This document shows positions 39,033-51,211 of a stretch of DNA of 64,000 nucleotides, piece after piece (positions within the stretch are counted from its first letter, which is position 1; each line of letters starts with the position of its first letter). The translations under genes were made by a program, and so were the position numbers. Source of the stretch: Deltaproteobacteria bacterium. Lineage in GTDB: Bacteria > Desulfobacterota_D > UBA1144 > Nemesobacterales > CSP1-2. The stretch is taken from assembly GCA_052390235.1 (NCBI GenBank), contig JBQTHB010000002.1, forward strand, positions 416,001-480,000, in the 5' to 3' direction. Under the pieces are notes generated by a model. It had not been told where the DNA came from. It did not search any database and saw nothing but the letters and a program-made list of their open reading frames with translations.

Positions 39033-40496
39033 ATGATTCCTACGAATACAAATAAGACCTATCCCGAAAATGTTTTGAATTTTGACAACTACGACACTGA
39101 GGGCTTCTACGACGAGATGTTTGACTCTGCGGGCAGCCCAAGGGATTGGTATCGGTTGCTGAAGGACTATATCGAAAACCTTGAGCCGGGCGAACTCATG
39201 CGCCGCCAGCACTCTGCCGAGCGGATGCTCCTGGCAATGGGTATCACTTTCAACGTCTATAAAGAGGGCGGAGGGGAGAATATTTTCCCATTCGATGTCA
39301 TCCCCAGAATAATTGACTCCGCCGAGTGGGACGGAATCGAGCGGGGACTGCGCCAGCGCATTCAGGCGCTAAACCTGTTCATCAACGACATATATCACGA
39401 CCAGCAGATACTATCGGACGGCGTCGTTCCAAGGGAGCTAATCGAATCGTGCAAGAGTTTCTTGAAGCCGTTTGTGGGGCTTAATCCCCCCAAGGGCGTG
39501 TGGTGCCATATCACGGGGACGGATTTAATCCGCGACAAGGACGGCAAATTTTACGTTCTCGAAGACAACCTGCGCTGTCCTTCGGGCGTATCCTATGTGC
39601 TGGAGAACAGGGAAATTATGAAGCGCTCCTTCCCCGACGTTTTCGAGGATTTGGGCATAAGGCCAGTCTATGACTACCCAATACACCTGCTTGAGATGCT
39701 ACAGAGGGTCTCAAACGTGCCGAATCCGACAATTGCCGTGCTGACCCCCGGAATTTACAACTCGGCCTATTTCGAGCATTCGTTCCTAGCTCAGCAGATG
39801 GGGGTCGAGCTTGTCGAGGGGAGCGACCTCGTCGTACATGAGGGCTACGTCCAGATGCGCACAACCACGGGGCTTAGGCGCGTTGATGTGATTTATCGCC
39901 GAATCAACGAGGAGTTCCTCGACCCGCTCCTCTTCCGAGCGGACTCCCTGCTTGGAGTGCCGGGAATCTTCGACGTCTATAAAAAGGGCAGGGTTACGCT
40001 TGTAAACGCCCCCGGCACAGGCGTTGCCGACGACAAAATCATCTACGCCTACGTGCCTTCAATAATAAATTACTACCTAGGCGAGGACATCATCCTTCCC
40101 AACGTCCCGACCTACGTGTGCTGGGACAGAAAACAGCGCCAGCACGTCATCGAGAACATCCACGAGCTCGTCGTCAAAGAGGCAAACGAAGCCGGCGGCT
40201 ATGGAATGCTCATAGGTCCGCATTCGACAAAAGCAGAGCAGGAGGATTTTCGCCGCCGTATTGAGTCAGATCCGAGGAACTACATCGCTCAGCCCACGAT
40301 AAGTTTTTCCCGCGTTCCCACGATAACCGGAGACCACTTCGAGGGCAGGCACGTGGATCTGCGCCCTTACATCCTCTACGGCGAAAACATATACGTCATG
40401 CCGGGGGGGCTGGCGAGGGTCGCGCTGAGGAAGGGGTCTCTGGTCGTCAACTCCTCTCAGGGCGGAGGGAGCAAGGACACTTGGGTGCTTCGCTGA
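39033..40496 (+). CDS. Circularly permuted type 2 ATP-grasp protein
   Basis: [60 protein letters not shown]; start 39033 or TTG 39075. Confidence 0.92.
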   Translation: MIPTNTNKTYPENVLNFDNYDTEGFYDEMFDSAGSPRDWYRLLKDYIENLEPGELMRRQHSAERMLLAMGITFNVYKEGGGENIFPFDVIPRIIDSAEWDGIERGLRQRIQALNLFINDIYHDQQILSDGVVPRELIESCKSFLKPFVGLNPPKGVWCHITGTDLIRDKDGKFYVLEDNLRCPSGVSYVLENREIMKRSFPDVFEDLGIRPVYDYPIHLLEMLQRVSNVPNPTIAVLTPGIYNSAYFEHSFLAQQMGVELVEGSDLVVHEGYVQMRTTTGLRRVDVIYRRINEEFLDPLLFRADSLLGVPGIFDVYKKGRVTLVNAPGTGVADDKIIYAYVPSIINYYLGEDIILPNVPTYVCWDRKQRQHVIENIHELVVKEANEAGGYGMLIGPHSTKAEQEDFRRRIESDPRNYIAQPTISFSRVPTITGDHFEGRHVDLRPYILYGENIYVMPGGLARVALRKGSLVVNSSQGGGSKDTWVLR

Positions 40497-40609
40497 AGCG
40501 GGATTGATTATGAAGGGCGCTATCCGCAAATTACGCAAATCGAACAGAGTCCAGATACGCAGATGCAGTGTTATGGGCAGAGAAATATCGTGGCTGAAAT
40601 GGTGATAAA

Positions 40610-41590
40610 ATGCTAAGCCGAGTCGCAGAGTCAATTTACTGGCTGAACCGCTACATTGAGCGCGCCGAGAACTACGCCCGCTTCATCGAGGTCAATATCA
40701 ACCTCACCCTAGACCTCCCGCCCGATATGCCGGAGCAGTGGAAGCCGCTTGTCGTAACCACTGGCGATTACGGGCTATTCCAGCAGCGCTACGGCGAACC
40801 AGACGATAAGGACAGCGTCATTCAGTTCCTCACATCTGACCGCGGCAATCCCAATTCCATCCTCTCCTGCCTCTATAAGGCTAGAGAAAACGCCCGCACC
40901 GTGCGCGAGATTATCTCAACCGAGATGTGGGAGCAGATAAACGAGTTTTATCTCAAAGTCCGGGACGTCATCTCCTACAGCGATTGGACTCTGGAGATGC
41001 TCACGGACTTTTTCAAGGAAATCAAAACCGGCAGTTATCTCTTTGCGGGGATTATGGACTCCACACTTTACCACTCCGAGGGCTGGCACTTTGGCCAGAT
41101 GGGGCGATTTATCGAGCGCGCTGACCAGGCCACGAGAATTTTGGATGTGAAGTGTTTTCTGCTTCTGCGCGATGGACAGCCCCAGGGGGCGCACCTCGAC
41201 CTCCTGCAGTGGCTTGCGGTGCTGAAATCGGCGAGCGCATTCGAGATGTACCGCAGGATTCACGGGCGCATCAACCCGAATAACATCGTGCAGTTTCTCA
41301 TCTTAGACCGGGAGTTTCCGCGCGCTATTAGGTATTCCCTAATCCAGGCGGAACAATCCCTGAGAGCAATCTCAAGCGGCCAGCTTTGGACTTTTAAAAA
41401 TACCGCCGAGAAGAGGCTCGGGCTCCTGCGCTCGGAACTCGACTACACGGAAATCAGCGAGATATTCTCTGTAGGGTTGCATGACTATCTCGATAATATA
41501 CAATTAAGGCTCAATGAAGTTAGCGACGCAATTTACGAGACGTTCTTTAACATACCCGTCCTCGGCATACCGTCCGACAAATCTCAATAG
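40610..41590 (+). CDS. Alpha-E domain protein (DUF403)
   Basis: MLSRVAESIYWLNRYIERAENYAR, ARENAR, GRFIERADQATR ER motifs, FPRAI. Confidence 0.92.
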   Translation: MLSRVAESIYWLNRYIERAENYARFIEVNINLTLDLPPDMPEQWKPLVVTTGDYGLFQQRYGEPDDKDSVIQFLTSDRGNPNSILSCLYKARENARTVREIISTEMWEQINEFYLKVRDVISYSDWTLEMLTDFFKEIKTGSYLFAGIMDSTLYHSEGWHFGQMGRFIERADQATRILDVKCFLLLRDGQPQGAHLDLLQWLAVLKSASAFEMYRRIHGRINPNNIVQFLILDREFPRAIRYSLIQAEQSLRAISSGQLWTFKNTAEKRLGLLRSELDYTEISEIFSVGLHDYLDNIQLRLNEVSDAIYETFFNIPVLGIPSDKSQ

Positions 41591-41605
41591 AAAAGGTATT
41601 TGCCA

Positions 41606-42361
41606 ATGACATTTTGCTTAGGAATAAAACTAAGGGACGGGCTTGTCGGTCTGGCGGATAGCCGCGTAACCACAGGCTCGGAGTGCATCACCGCGCGCAA
41701 GGTTACGGTTCATCAGCACGGGGACAACGCCATGTTCCTGATGACCTCCGGGCTTCGCTCGGTGAGGGACAAGGCGATAACCTACTTTCAAGAGGTCATC
41801 GAAGAGAGGGGCGAAGAATTCGATAAGCTCTACAAAGCGGTCAACGCCTTCGGCGCGCAGGTAAGGCGCGTCCACAAGGAGGATAAAGAATCCCTCCATG
41901 AGAGCGGTTTTTTTTTCAACCTCCACGCCCTCGTCGGCGGACAGCTTAAAAACGACCGCGAACACAAGCTCTACTTGCTCTATCCTCAGGGCAATTGGGT
42001 GGAGGTTGGCCAAGGGTCGCCCTATTACATCATCGGCAACTCCGGCTACGGCAAGCCTCTGCTGGATAGAGTCCTCAGATACGATTCTGGCATGAGGCTC
42101 GCCCTAAAGGCGGGATTCCTCGCGTTCGACGCCACACGCACCAGCTCGAACGACGTTGACTACCCGCTCGACATCGTCCTCTATGGCAGGGACTCGTTCA
42201 ACATTGTAGAGTGCCGTTTCCACAAAGACGACCTACAGAGCATCTCGTTTTGGTGGCAGGAGAGAATTATAAATTCCGTAAAAGAGTTGCCGGACGAGTG
42301 GATAGAGCTTGTGTTTGCCGAGATGTTCGAGGCCCTTGCCCTGAAGAATCGCTCGGATTGA
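41606..42361 (+). CDS. Proteasome-type protease (Anbu, Ntn hydrolase)
   Basis: M-T-F-C-L-G start exposing an N-terminal Thr; DSRVTTG, LVGGQ, LYPQGN, IGNSGYGKPLLDR. Confidence 0.9.
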   Translation: MTFCLGIKLRDGLVGLADSRVTTGSECITARKVTVHQHGDNAMFLMTSGLRSVRDKAITYFQEVIEERGEEFDKLYKAVNAFGAQVRRVHKEDKESLHESGFFFNLHALVGGQLKNDREHKLYLLYPQGNWVEVGQGSPYYIIGNSGYGKPLLDRVLRYDSGMRLALKAGFLAFDATRTSSNDVDYPLDIVLYGRDSFNIVECRFHKDDLQSISFWWQERIINSVKELPDEWIELVFAEMFEALALKNRSD

Positions 42362-42389
42362 AAGTGTCTTATTACGAGGTGCGACAAAA

Positions 42390-43229
42390 ATGCTCTTTCT
42401 AATTCGTCATCGGAGCGAATATACCTACAGCCAGCCGGTTAGATTCAAGCCTCATTTCCTGCGCTTCCGCCCCAGGGAAAACCCGTTTCAAGAGCTTCTG
42501 AGCTATAAGCTCGCGGTATCGCCTGAGCCGGTTTCCGTCTCTTACCACCTGGATTCGGACGGAAGCGTATTTGCGCAGGCTCGTTTTTGGGGCGAATACT
42601 ACAGTTTGATAATACAATCAACCGCAGTTGTGAGGGCTAGCGCGCCGCCTTCGGGGTGGTTGATTTATCCTGAATCCGCCTGCACGCTCCCGATACGCTA
42701 CCCCTCGGAAGAGGCTGAGTATTTGCTCAAGCCGTACCTGAGGCCCAAGTCCGCCTCGTCTGACGTGGCTCGGTTCGCCGAAGGGCTTGCGGAGGAGTCG
42801 CGCTGGCAGACCCGTTCATTTTTGGAGAATCTGGGGCGCAGAATCAACCGCGAGTTTCAGAACTGCTATAGAGAAATGGGAGAGCCGTATCCGCCCCAGA
42901 GGACATTGTCCGAGAAGAGCGGCTCATGCAGGGATTTTGCCGTGCTTTTTATGTCTGCCTGCAGGCTGATGGGGATTGCCGCGCGGTTTGTTAGCGGCTA
43001 TCAATTCGATGAGTCGTCGGAGTTTCGAGACCTCCACGCGTGGGTCGAGGTATATCTGCCGGGGGAGGGATGGAGGGGGTTCGACCCCAGCGTCGAGGGC
43101 GAGGTAACGGAAAGGCACATTGCCGTTGCCGCATCAGCCGACCCTAGGATGACCGCGCCGGTGAGCGGGATATTCATGGGAAATGCCGAGGCGAGATTAA
43201 ACGTGGACTTAACTATTACGCCTTTTTAG
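42390..43229 (+). CDS. Transglutaminase family protein (bacterial N-terminal domain + core)
   Basis: IRHRSEYTY..LRFRPR; catalytic GSCRDFA, ARFVSGY, HAWVEVYLPGEGWRGFDP. Confidence 0.92.
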   Translation: MLFLIRHRSEYTYSQPVRFKPHFLRFRPRENPFQELLSYKLAVSPEPVSVSYHLDSDGSVFAQARFWGEYYSLIIQSTAVVRASAPPSGWLIYPESACTLPIRYPSEEAEYLLKPYLRPKSASSDVARFAEGLAEESRWQTRSFLENLGRRINREFQNCYREMGEPYPPQRTLSEKSGSCRDFAVLFMSACRLMGIAARFVSGYQFDESSEFRDLHAWVEVYLPGEGWRGFDPSVEGEVTERHIAVAASADPRMTAPVSGIFMGNAEARLNVDLTITPF

Positions 43230-43265
43230 ATGGGTATTGGGAATTGAAAAATACGGATAAGAGTC

Positions 43266-43293
43266 TTGATTGTTCATTTAAAATGGTTACAAT
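43266..43293 (+). promoter_or_regulatory. Putative sigma-70 promoter for gltBD
   Basis: TTGATT-N16-TACAAT about 40 nt before gltB ATG; SD GGAGG. Confidence 0.45.
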
Positions 43294-43332
43294 TTCACTC
43301 CCTGTCATCTAAACCTTGGGGGTGGAGGCGTC

Positions 43333-46300
43333 ATGAGTGCAAATGGATTACCGCCAAAACAAGGTCTTTACGATCCTCGGTTTGAGCATGAAGCCTGCGG
43401 CATCGGCTTCGTAGCCAATATCAAAGGGAAAAAGTCCCGTGAAATTGTCCGCCAAGGGCTCGAGGTGCTGGTGAATCTCAATCACCGCGGCGCCTGCGGC
43501 TGTGAGCCAAATACCGGCGACGGCGCGGGAATTCTCCTGCAGATACCGCATCCATTTTTTAAGAGAGTAGCCTCGGAGGTCAATGTTAACCTCCCCGCAT
43601 ACGGCAAGTACGGGGTTGGCATGGTGTTTCTGCCTCAAAATGCCTCGGAGCGGCGCGCCTGCGAGAAATACTTCGAGGGTGTCGTAAAGGAGGAGGGTCA
43701 GCGCGTTCTCGGATGGCGCACCGTGCCTACGGACAATTCCACCATTGGGAACACCGCCAAGGCGAGCGAGCCGTACATAAGACAGGTTTTTATAGCTCGC
43801 AATCCCGCTATTAAGGACGATATGGCGTTTGAGAGAAAGCTCTACGTCATACGCAAGCGGGCGGAGAAGGCTATTCGATACTCCGGGCTAACGGGCGGAA
43901 GCCACTTCTACATATCGAGCCTATCTTATAAGACAGTCGTCTATAAGGGAATGCTCACCGCCGACCAAGTGCCGGAATACTACACTGAACTCTCCGATGC
44001 GGACATGGAAACTGCTATTGCCCTCGTGCATTCCCGCTTCAGCACCAACACATTTCCAAGCTGGGAGCGCGCTCATCCCTATCGCTATATGATTCATAAT
44101 GGAGAGATCAACACCCTGCGCGGAAACGTCAACTGGATGCACGCCCGCCAGGCGATGTTTGAATCCCAGCTTTTCGGCGAGGACATCCATAAAATTCTGC
44201 CCATTATCAACTCGGACGGAAGCGATTCGGCTATGTTTGATAACTGCCTCGAGATGCTCGTCCTAGGGGGGCGCTCTCTGCCCCATGCCGTGATGATGAT
44301 GATCCCCGAGCCGTGGTCTAATCACGAGAGCATGAGCGATGAGAAGAAGGCGTTTTATGAGTATCACGCCTCTTTTATGGAGCCTTGGGATGGTCCCGCT
44401 TCTATCGGGTTTACCGACGGGCATCTGGTCGGGGCGGTGCTTGACAGAAACGGGCTTCGCCCCTCGCGCTACTACGTTACCAAAGACGACTTAGTGATAC
44501 TCGCGTCCGAGGTCGGGGTTCTGGACATTGCCCCTGAGCGCGTGCTTCAAAAAGGACGCCTCCAGCCGGGGCGTATGTTCCTAGTTGACACAAAAGAAGG
44601 GCGCATAATAAAAGACGAAGAGCTTAAAGCCGAAATAGCCTCCCGCCACCCCTATAGGCAGTGGCTCGATGAATATCTCCTACCGCTCGAAGACCTGCCC
44701 GATGCCCCGCATTTGATATATTCCGACCACGAATCGGTGCTTCAGCGCCAGCAGGCTTTCGGCTACAGCTACGAGGATTTGAGAATTATCATCGAGCCGA
44801 TGGCGAAAAACTCCGTTGACCCCGTCGGTTCAATGGGCAATGATACCCCTCTTGCCGTGCTGTCGAATAAAAATCAGCTCCTCTACAGCTACTTCAAGCA
44901 GCTATTCGCGCAGGTTACGAACCCGCCCATTGACTCCATCCGCGAGGAGATAATTACGGCTACTGAAACCACCATAGGCTCTGAGCGAAATCTGCTCAGC
45001 CCTGAGCCTCGGGGTTGTCGCCAGATTAAACTCAAAACTCCGGTGCTTACGAATGACGAGCTTGAGAAACTCCGCTACATCAACATCGCCGGCTTTAAAT
45101 CCCACACCCTGCCCATGCTGTTTAAGGCTTCTGATGGCCCGGAGGGGCTTGAAGAGGCTATCAGCGAACTCTACGCCGAAGCCGACCGCGCCATTGCAGA
45201 CGGGGTGAATATTTTGATTCTCTCCGACAGGGGGTGCAGCAGAGATTACGTGCCTATGCCCGCTCTGCTTGCCGTTGCGGGCCTCCACCATCACTTAATC
45301 CGCGAAGGCACGAGGATGAAGGCGGGGCTAATTGTGGAATCTGGCGAGCCGCGCGAGGTGCATCATTTCTCGCTTCTCATCGGCTACGGCGCAGGGGCAA
45401 TAAACCCGTACCTCGCCTACGAGACCATTGATGATATGATACGCGAGGGGACGCTCACTGGGGTTGCCCACAGAGAGGCCGTAAAAAAATACATAAAAGC
45501 CGTTGTCAAGGGCGTTGTCAAGGTGATGTCCAAAATGGGCATCTCCACAGTTCAGAGCTACCGCGGGGCGCAGATATTTGAAGCCGTGGGGCTGAATCAC
45601 GTTTTCATTGATAAATATTTCACCTGGACGCCTTCGCGCATCGGAGGGGTGGGGATTGATGCCATCGCCAGAGAAGCCCTTGAGCGGCACGCCCGCGCGT
45701 TCGGTGAGAGACAGGTTGACTCAAAAACTCTGGACGTAGGCGGAAAATATCAGTGGAGGCACGAAGGGGAATACCACCTGTTCAACCCTCAGACCGTGCA
45801 TAAGCTCCAGTACGCCTGCCGCGCCAATAGCTACCGGGCATTTAAAGAATACGCCGCCCTGGTTGACGAGCAGAGCAAAAACCTCGCCACTATCCGCGGG
45901 CTTCTCGATATTAAATTCTCCAATCCCATTGCGCTTGAGGATGTCGAGCCAGTCGCAGAGATATGCAAGCGCTTTAAAACCGGCGCCATGTCCTACGGAT
46001 CCATCAGCAAAGAAGCGCATGAGAGCCTCGCCATCGCTATGAACCGCATAGGCGGCAAGAGCAACACGGGCGAGGGCGGCGAAGACCCAGACCGCTTCAC
46101 ACCAGACGCAAACGGGGACTCCCGCAACAGCGCCATTAAACAGGTCGCGTCCGGTCGTTTCGGCGTTACTAGCCAGTATCTCATCAGCGCCAAAGAGCTT
46201 CAAATCAAAATCGCCCAAGGAGCGAAACCCGGCGAGGGGGGACAGCTTCCCGGAGCCAAGGTCTATCCTTGGATAGCTAAGGTGAGATTTTCCGTTCCCG

Positions 46301-47931
46301 GCGTGGGACTCATATCGCCGCCCCCGCACCACGATATTTACTCCATTGAGGACCTAGCTGAACTCATCCACGACCTCAAAAACGCAAACCCCGAAGCGAG
46401 AATCAGCGTAAAGCTCGTCTCAGAGGTCGGGGTCGGCACTATCGCCGCCGGCGTTGCCAAGGGCCATGCCGATGTGGTTCTCATTAGCGGCTATGACGGA
46501 GGCACGGGGGCGTCCCCTCAGACGAGCATTCAGCACGCGGGACTGCCGTGGGAGCTTGGTCTCGCTGAAACTCACCAGACGCTTCTGCTCAATAACCTCA
46601 GAAGCCGAATCGTCGTGGAAACTGACGGTCAGCTTAAAACGGGCAGAGACGTCGCCATTGCCGCGCTGCTTGGGGCTGAGGAGTTCGGGTTTTCAACCGC
46701 TCCGCTCGTTGTGCTTGGCTGTATCATGATGAGGGTCTGTCATATTGACACCTGCCCCGTAGGGGTTGCGACTCAAAATCCGGTTCTGCGGAAGAAATTC
46801 CAGGGAGACCCCACCCATGTGGTCAATTTTATGCGATTTATCGCCGAGGAGTTGCGCGAGATAATGGCTCAGCTCGGCTTCCGCACCATAAATGAGATGG
46901 TGGGCAGGGTGGACAAACTTGAGCCTAGAGAGGCGATAGACCATTGGAAAGCAAAGGGGCTTGACCTGCGTAATCTGCTCTACAGCATCCCGGATTTGCC
47001 CTCGGATGTGGGACGCTACTGCCAGATGGCTCAAGACCACGGACTAGACAAGGCTCTTGATAACGAGGTGTTATTGAGCCTCTGCGAGCCTGCGATAAAG
47101 CGCGGGGAGGCGGTCGAGGGGATTATTCCGATACGCAACATAAACCGTGTCGTGGGGACTATACTCGGAGGGGCGGTTACAAAGAATCACGGCCCAGAGG
47201 GGCTTGCCGAAGACACGATTCGCCTGCATTTTCGAGGCTCGGCAGGGCAGAGTTTCGGGGCGTTTATGCCCAAAGGGATAAAATTCGTACTCGAAGGGGA
47301 TGCCAACGACTACGTAGGCAAGGGGCTATCGGGCGGGAAAATTATCGTCTATCCCCCAAAAGGCTCTACTTTCGTCCCTGAGGAGAACATAATTATTGGA
47401 AACGTGGCTCTCTACGGCGCAACGGGCGGAGAGGCTTACATTCGAGGCATGGCTGGAGAGCGGTTCTGCGTGAGAAACAGCGGCGTTAGCGCGGTGGTGG
47501 AGTCCGTAGGAGACCACTGCTGCGAGTATATGACCGGCGGCAGGGTGGTAATTCTCGGCGAGACGGGAAGGAACTTTGCGGCGGGAATGTCAGGCGGAGT
47601 TGCATATATTCTCGATGAAGCCGGGGATTTCCACTCGAAATGCAACCAGGATATGGTATATCTCGAGCGACTTGAAGATGATTATGAAATCCGCGAACTC
47701 AAGTCTATGATTCGCAGGCACGCCGAATATACGAAGAGCGATAAAGCCCAGATGACGCTTGCCGCTTGGAGCGACGCGCTGCCGAAGTTTGTAAAGGTCA
47801 TGCCGAAGGACTATAAGCGTATGACGCTTGCGATGAAGCGGGCTGAGGCGGCGGGACTCGGCGGCGAAGAGGCCGTCATGGCGGCGTTTGAGGACAATAA
47901 AAGAGACCTTGCCAGAGTCGGCGGAAACTAG
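43333..47931 (+). CDS. gltB: Glutamate synthase large subunit
   Basis: HEACGIGF amidotransferase start, [50 protein letters not shown]. Confidence 0.97.
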   Translation: MSANGLPPKQGLYDPRFEHEACGIGFVANIKGKKSREIVRQGLEVLVNLNHRGACGCEPNTGDGAGILLQIPHPFFKRVASEVNVNLPAYGKYGVGMVFLPQNASERRACEKYFEGVVKEEGQRVLGWRTVPTDNSTIGNTAKASEPYIRQVFIARNPAIKDDMAFERKLYVIRKRAEKAIRYSGLTGGSHFYISSLSYKTVVYKGMLTADQVPEYYTELSDADMETAIALVHSRFSTNTFPSWERAHPYRYMIHNGEINTLRGNVNWMHARQAMFESQLFGEDIHKILPIINSDGSDSAMFDNCLEMLVLGGRSLPHAVMMMIPEPWSNHESMSDEKKAFYEYHASFMEPWDGPASIGFTDGHLVGAVLDRNGLRPSRYYVTKDDLVILASEVGVLDIAPERVLQKGRLQPGRMFLVDTKEGRIIKDEELKAEIASRHPYRQWLDEYLLPLEDLPDAPHLIYSDHESVLQRQQAFGYSYEDLRIIIEPMAKNSVDPVGSMGNDTPLAVLSNKNQLLYSYFKQLFAQVTNPPIDSIREEIITATETTIGSERNLLSPEPRGCRQIKLKTPVLTNDELEKLRYINIAGFKSHTLPMLFKASDGPEGLEEAISELYAEADRAIADGVNILILSDRGCSRDYVPMPALLAVAGLHHHLIREGTRMKAGLIVESGEPREVHHFSLLIGYGAGAINPYLAYETIDDMIREGTLTGVAHREAVKKYIKAVVKGVVKVMSKMGISTVQSYRGAQIFEAVGLNHVFIDKYFTWTPSRIGGVGIDAIAREALERHARAFGERQVDSKTLDVGGKYQWRHEGEYHLFNPQTVHKLQYACRANSYRAFKEYAALVDEQSKNLATIRGLLDIKFSNPIALEDVEPVAEICKRFKTGAMSYGSISKEAHESLAIAMNRIGGKSNTGEGGEDPDRFTPDANGDSRNSAIKQVASGRFGVTSQYLISAKELQIKIAQGAKPGEGGQLPGAKVYPWIAKVRFSVPGVGLISPPPHHDIYSIEDLAELIHDLKNANPEARISVKLVSEVGVGTIAAGVAKGHADVVLISGYDGGTGASPQTSIQHAGLPWELGLAETHQTLLLNNLRSRIVVETDGQLKTGRDVAIAALLGAEEFGFSTAPLVVLGCIMMRVCHIDTCPVGVATQNPVLRKKFQGDPTHVVNFMRFIAEELREIMAQLGFRTINEMVGRVDKLEPREAIDHWKAKGLDLRNLLYSIPDLPSDVGRYCQMAQDHGLDKALDNEVLLSLCEPAIKRGEAVEGIIPIRNINRVVGTILGGAVTKNHGPEGLAEDTIRLHFRGSAGQSFGAFMPKGIKFVLEGDANDYVGKGLSGGKIIVYPPKGSTFVPEENIIIGNVALYGATGGEAYIRGMAGERFCVRNSGVSAVVESVGDHCCEYMTGGRVVILGETGRNFAAGMSGGVAYILDEAGDFHSKCNQDMVYLERLEDDYEIRELKSMIRRHAEYTKSDKAQMTLAAWSDALPKFVKVMPKDYKRMTLAMKRAEAAGLGGEEAVMAAFEDNKRDLARVGGN

Positions 47932-47988
47932 CCGCCGGAGCGTTACAGAGAACGGCTCGGCAAAATTTAATTTAAGGAAGTACGGACT

Positions 47989-49473
47989 ATGGGTAAGCCC
48001 ACGGGATTTCTTGAATACACTAGGGAGCTTCCCGAAGAACGACATCCGAGCGAGAGGATTCGGGATTGGGACGAGTTTCATCTCCATTTCGCGGAGAAAA
48101 AGCTCCAGATTCAGGGCGCGCGCTGCATGGACTGCGGCGTGCCGTTCTGCCACACTGGAAATCTCATCGGGGGGATGACGTCGGGCTGTCCCGTGAATAA
48201 CCTCATTCCCGAATGGAACGACCTTATCTATCGGGGACTCTGGAGGGAGGCTCTTGAGAGGCTACACAAAACCAATAATTTCCCAGAGTTTACCGGAAGG
48301 GTCTGCCCCGCGCCCTGCGAGGCGGGATGCGTGCTTGGAATAAGCGAGCCTCCGGTAACGATAAAAAACATCGAATGCGCTATCATTGACAAGGGATTTG
48401 AAGAGGGATGGGTACGCCCTGAGCCTCCGCAAAAGCGCACGGGCAAGAGGGTCGCCGTAGTCGGGTCAGGGCCTGCGGGGCTTGCCTGCGCCGCGCAGCT
48501 CAACAAGGCGGGACACTGGGTCGTCGTATTCGAGAGGGACGACCGTATCGGAGGTCTCCTGATGTACGGAATCCCCAATCCGCACCTCGATAAAAATATC
48601 GTTCAGCGCAGGGTCAACATTTTGGCGGAAGAAGGCGTTGAATTCGTTACTGGCACGGAGGTCGGACGCAATTTTCCAGCCGAAAAACTACTTAAAAAGT
48701 TCGACGCCGTCGTGATTTGCTCAGGGGCTACGAGACCGAGAGATATATCAATCGAGGGTAGAAATCTCTCAGGAATCCACTTCGCCATGGAATTCCTACG
48801 CCTCAACACCAAAAGCCTTCTCGATAGCAACCTCTCCGATGGGAGCTACATCTCGGCGGAGGGCAAAAATGTAGTTGTACTCGGCGGAGGCGACACCGGC
48901 ACGGACTGTGTTGCTACATCCATGAGGCACGGGTGCAGGAGCCTAGTGCAATTTGAAATCCTACCGAAGCCGCCAACGACGAGAGCCGACGATAACCCCT
49001 GGCCCCAGTGGCCCAAGGTATATCGCATGGACTATGGGCAGGAAGAAGCCGCCGCCAAGTTTGGCGATGACCCACGCAAATACAGGGTTCTCACTAAGAA
49101 ATTCGTAGGAGACGCCGAGGGGAGCGTCTGCGAGCTTCATACGGTGAAAGTCGAGTGGCATCGCGCAGAGGACGGACAGCTGAATCTGCGGGAAATCTCC
49201 GGCACAGAGAGGGTTTGGAAGGCTGATCTAGTGCTTCTCGCCCTAGGATTCTTGGGCCCTGAGGGCGCGCTTGCCGAGCAACTGGGCGTTGAACTCGACC
49301 TGCGCACGAACGTGAAAGCCGAATACGGCAGATACGCGACCAATATCCCTCACGTTTTCGCCGCAGGGGATGCCCGCCGTGGGCAGAGCCTCATCGTTTG
49401 GGCTATCAACGAGGGAAGGGGAGCGGCGCGCGAGTGCGACAGATTTCTCATGGGACATACGAGCCTCCCCTAA
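47989..49473 (+). CDS. gltD: Glutamate synthase small subunit
   Basis: [52 protein letters not shown]. Confidence 0.97.
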   Translation: MGKPTGFLEYTRELPEERHPSERIRDWDEFHLHFAEKKLQIQGARCMDCGVPFCHTGNLIGGMTSGCPVNNLIPEWNDLIYRGLWREALERLHKTNNFPEFTGRVCPAPCEAGCVLGISEPPVTIKNIECAIIDKGFEEGWVRPEPPQKRTGKRVAVVGSGPAGLACAAQLNKAGHWVVVFERDDRIGGLLMYGIPNPHLDKNIVQRRVNILAEEGVEFVTGTEVGRNFPAEKLLKKFDAVVICSGATRPRDISIEGRNLSGIHFAMEFLRLNTKSLLDSNLSDGSYISAEGKNVVVLGGGDTGTDCVATSMRHGCRSLVQFEILPKPPTTRADDNPWPQWPKVYRMDYGQEEAAAKFGDDPRKYRVLTKKFVGDAEGSVCELHTVKVEWHRAEDGQLNLREISGTERVWKADLVLLALGFLGPEGALAEQLGVELDLRTNVKAEYGRYATNIPHVFAAGDARRGQSLIVWAINEGRGAARECDRFLMGHTSLP

Positions 49474-49659
49474 TAATTTAATTGCCCTTTCACCGCGAGC
49501 TAACCTAATACCCCTCGAAAGCCGCCAATTGCGTTTCATCTCATAGCCGCATCTGGTTTCCGCATTTAGCGGTAAAAAACCTCCCTGCCGCATCTTGCAT
49601 CCCTCGGGAGTAGCCATATATAATTGACCTCACCCATACCGGCAGGGGGCGTGATTCAA

Positions 49660-50706
49660 GTGGATAAACTCAAGTTCGGCATCGTATCCCCGGCGGGCGA
49701 AGAGCCGAAAAACCTCCTCCGATTTATAAAACGCGCTGAAGATTCCCTCTTTGACAGCGTCTGGGCGGGCGACCACATGGTTTTCATGCGCCCCGTCGCT
49801 TACGATGTTATGTCAACTTTTGCGGCAGCGGGGGTTACGACAAATCGAATTTCATTAGCCTCCATCTCGGATGCGCATAAATTCCACCCCGCCGTGCTTG
49901 CCCAGCGTCTCGCCACTCTGAGCCAACTTACGGGCGGCAGATTCATTCTCGGCTTAGGGCTGGGGGAGGCGATGAACCTAGACCCCTACGGCATAAAGTG
50001 GGATAAACCCCTATCGAGACTCGTTGAGTCCGTAGAGATAATGCGAAAACTCTGGCGGAGCGATTCCCCGTTTGATTACGAGGGGGAGTTCTTCCAACTC
50101 CGTCAGGCGATACTCGGCGCAAAGCCCGCCGGGGGAGGAGTCCACCACGGGCTCGTCCCGATTTACATTGCCGCTCATAGGGAAAAGAGCCTTAGAGCCG
50201 CCGCCGAATTGGGGGACGGGTGGATCACTCTCCCTCAGCCTCCGGAGATGTTCGCCAGCAGACGCGCCAAGGTTGAGGCGTGGAGGGGGGATTTTGGAGG
50301 CAATTTGGATAATTTCGAGCGATGCCTCTATATATTCGCCTCCATCGCCGGTGATAAAAACGAGGCTTATGAAGCGCTTGAACCCCTCCGCCACACCATC
50401 ATCTGGTCTGAACTCTACGAGGAATACTCAGGCGCGAGGCTTCCTGAGGAGTTTCAGCGCTTTGGCTACATGACCGTAATCACTACGGACGATGCTGACA
50501 GGCAGAGAATTGTCCGGCAGGGACGGCTCTACCCAAAAGATGCCGTATTGGATTTCACCCTTGCCGGATGCGCCCAGGACTGCATCAGGCGGATAGAGCA
50601 GTACGCCGCCTCCGGGGTTACGCATCTGCTCCTTCACGACTTCAGCCGAGACCGAGATGAGAGCTATAAAATCCTGACCGAGAGGGTTATTCCGTATTTC
50701 AGATGA
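49660..50706 (+). CDS. LLM class (luciferase-like) flavin/F420-dependent oxidoreductase
   Basis: FDSVWAGDH, HPAVLAQRLATL, GRFILGLGLG, YEGEFFQL, PIYIAA; start uncertain (49624-49660). Confidence 0.85.
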   Translation: MDKLKFGIVSPAGEEPKNLLRFIKRAEDSLFDSVWAGDHMVFMRPVAYDVMSTFAAAGVTTNRISLASISDAHKFHPAVLAQRLATLSQLTGGRFILGLGLGEAMNLDPYGIKWDKPLSRLVESVEIMRKLWRSDSPFDYEGEFFQLRQAILGAKPAGGGVHHGLVPIYIAAHREKSLRAAAELGDGWITLPQPPEMFASRRAKVEAWRGDFGGNLDNFERCLYIFASIAGDKNEAYEALEPLRHTIIWSELYEEYSGARLPEEFQRFGYMTVITTDDADRQRIVRQGRLYPKDAVLDFTLAGCAQDCIRRIEQYAASGVTHLLLHDFSRDRDESYKILTERVIPYFR

Positions 50707-50802
50707 AGCCGATTTGCTATATTAAAAAGGGTTTCGGATGCGGGCGCGGCGTGTTTTTTCATCTCATCCACTATAATTTATATCCACAGGAAGGGGGGAG
50801 TA

Positions 50803-51183
50803 ATGAGATTTCTTCACACGATGATAAGGGTCGGCGACCTTGAGCGGGCAATAAAATTCTATACCGATGTGCTGGGGTTGACGCTCCTGTCCCGCGCCGA
50901 TTACCCCGAGGGCAGATTCACCATCGCGTTTCTCGGAAACGGCGAGGGCAAAGAGCCTTTTTTAGAACTCACTCACAATTGGGACACGGCGGCTTATAAT
51001 CTCGGAAATGGGTGGGGACACATCGCCATGGCAACCCCGGATATTTATGCCGCCTGCGAGGGTGTCCAATCCGCCGGAGGGAAAATCACGCGCCCCCCAG
51101 GCCCAATGAAACACGGCACAACGGTCATAGCCTTCATTGAGGATGCGGACGGCTATAAAATTGAACTCGTCGAGACAGCATAA
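50803..51183 (+). CDS. gloA: Lactoylglutathione lyase (glyoxalase I)
   Basis: HTMIRVGDL, ELTHNW, GWGHIA, FIEDADGYKIELV. Confidence 0.92.
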   Translation: MRFLHTMIRVGDLERAIKFYTDVLGLTLLSRADYPEGRFTIAFLGNGEGKEPFLELTHNWDTAAYNLGNGWGHIAMATPDIYAACEGVQSAGGKITRPPGPMKHGTTVIAFIEDADGYKIELVETA

Positions 51184-51211
51184 ATTTGGATATTGAGAGG
51201 AGAAACCAGCC

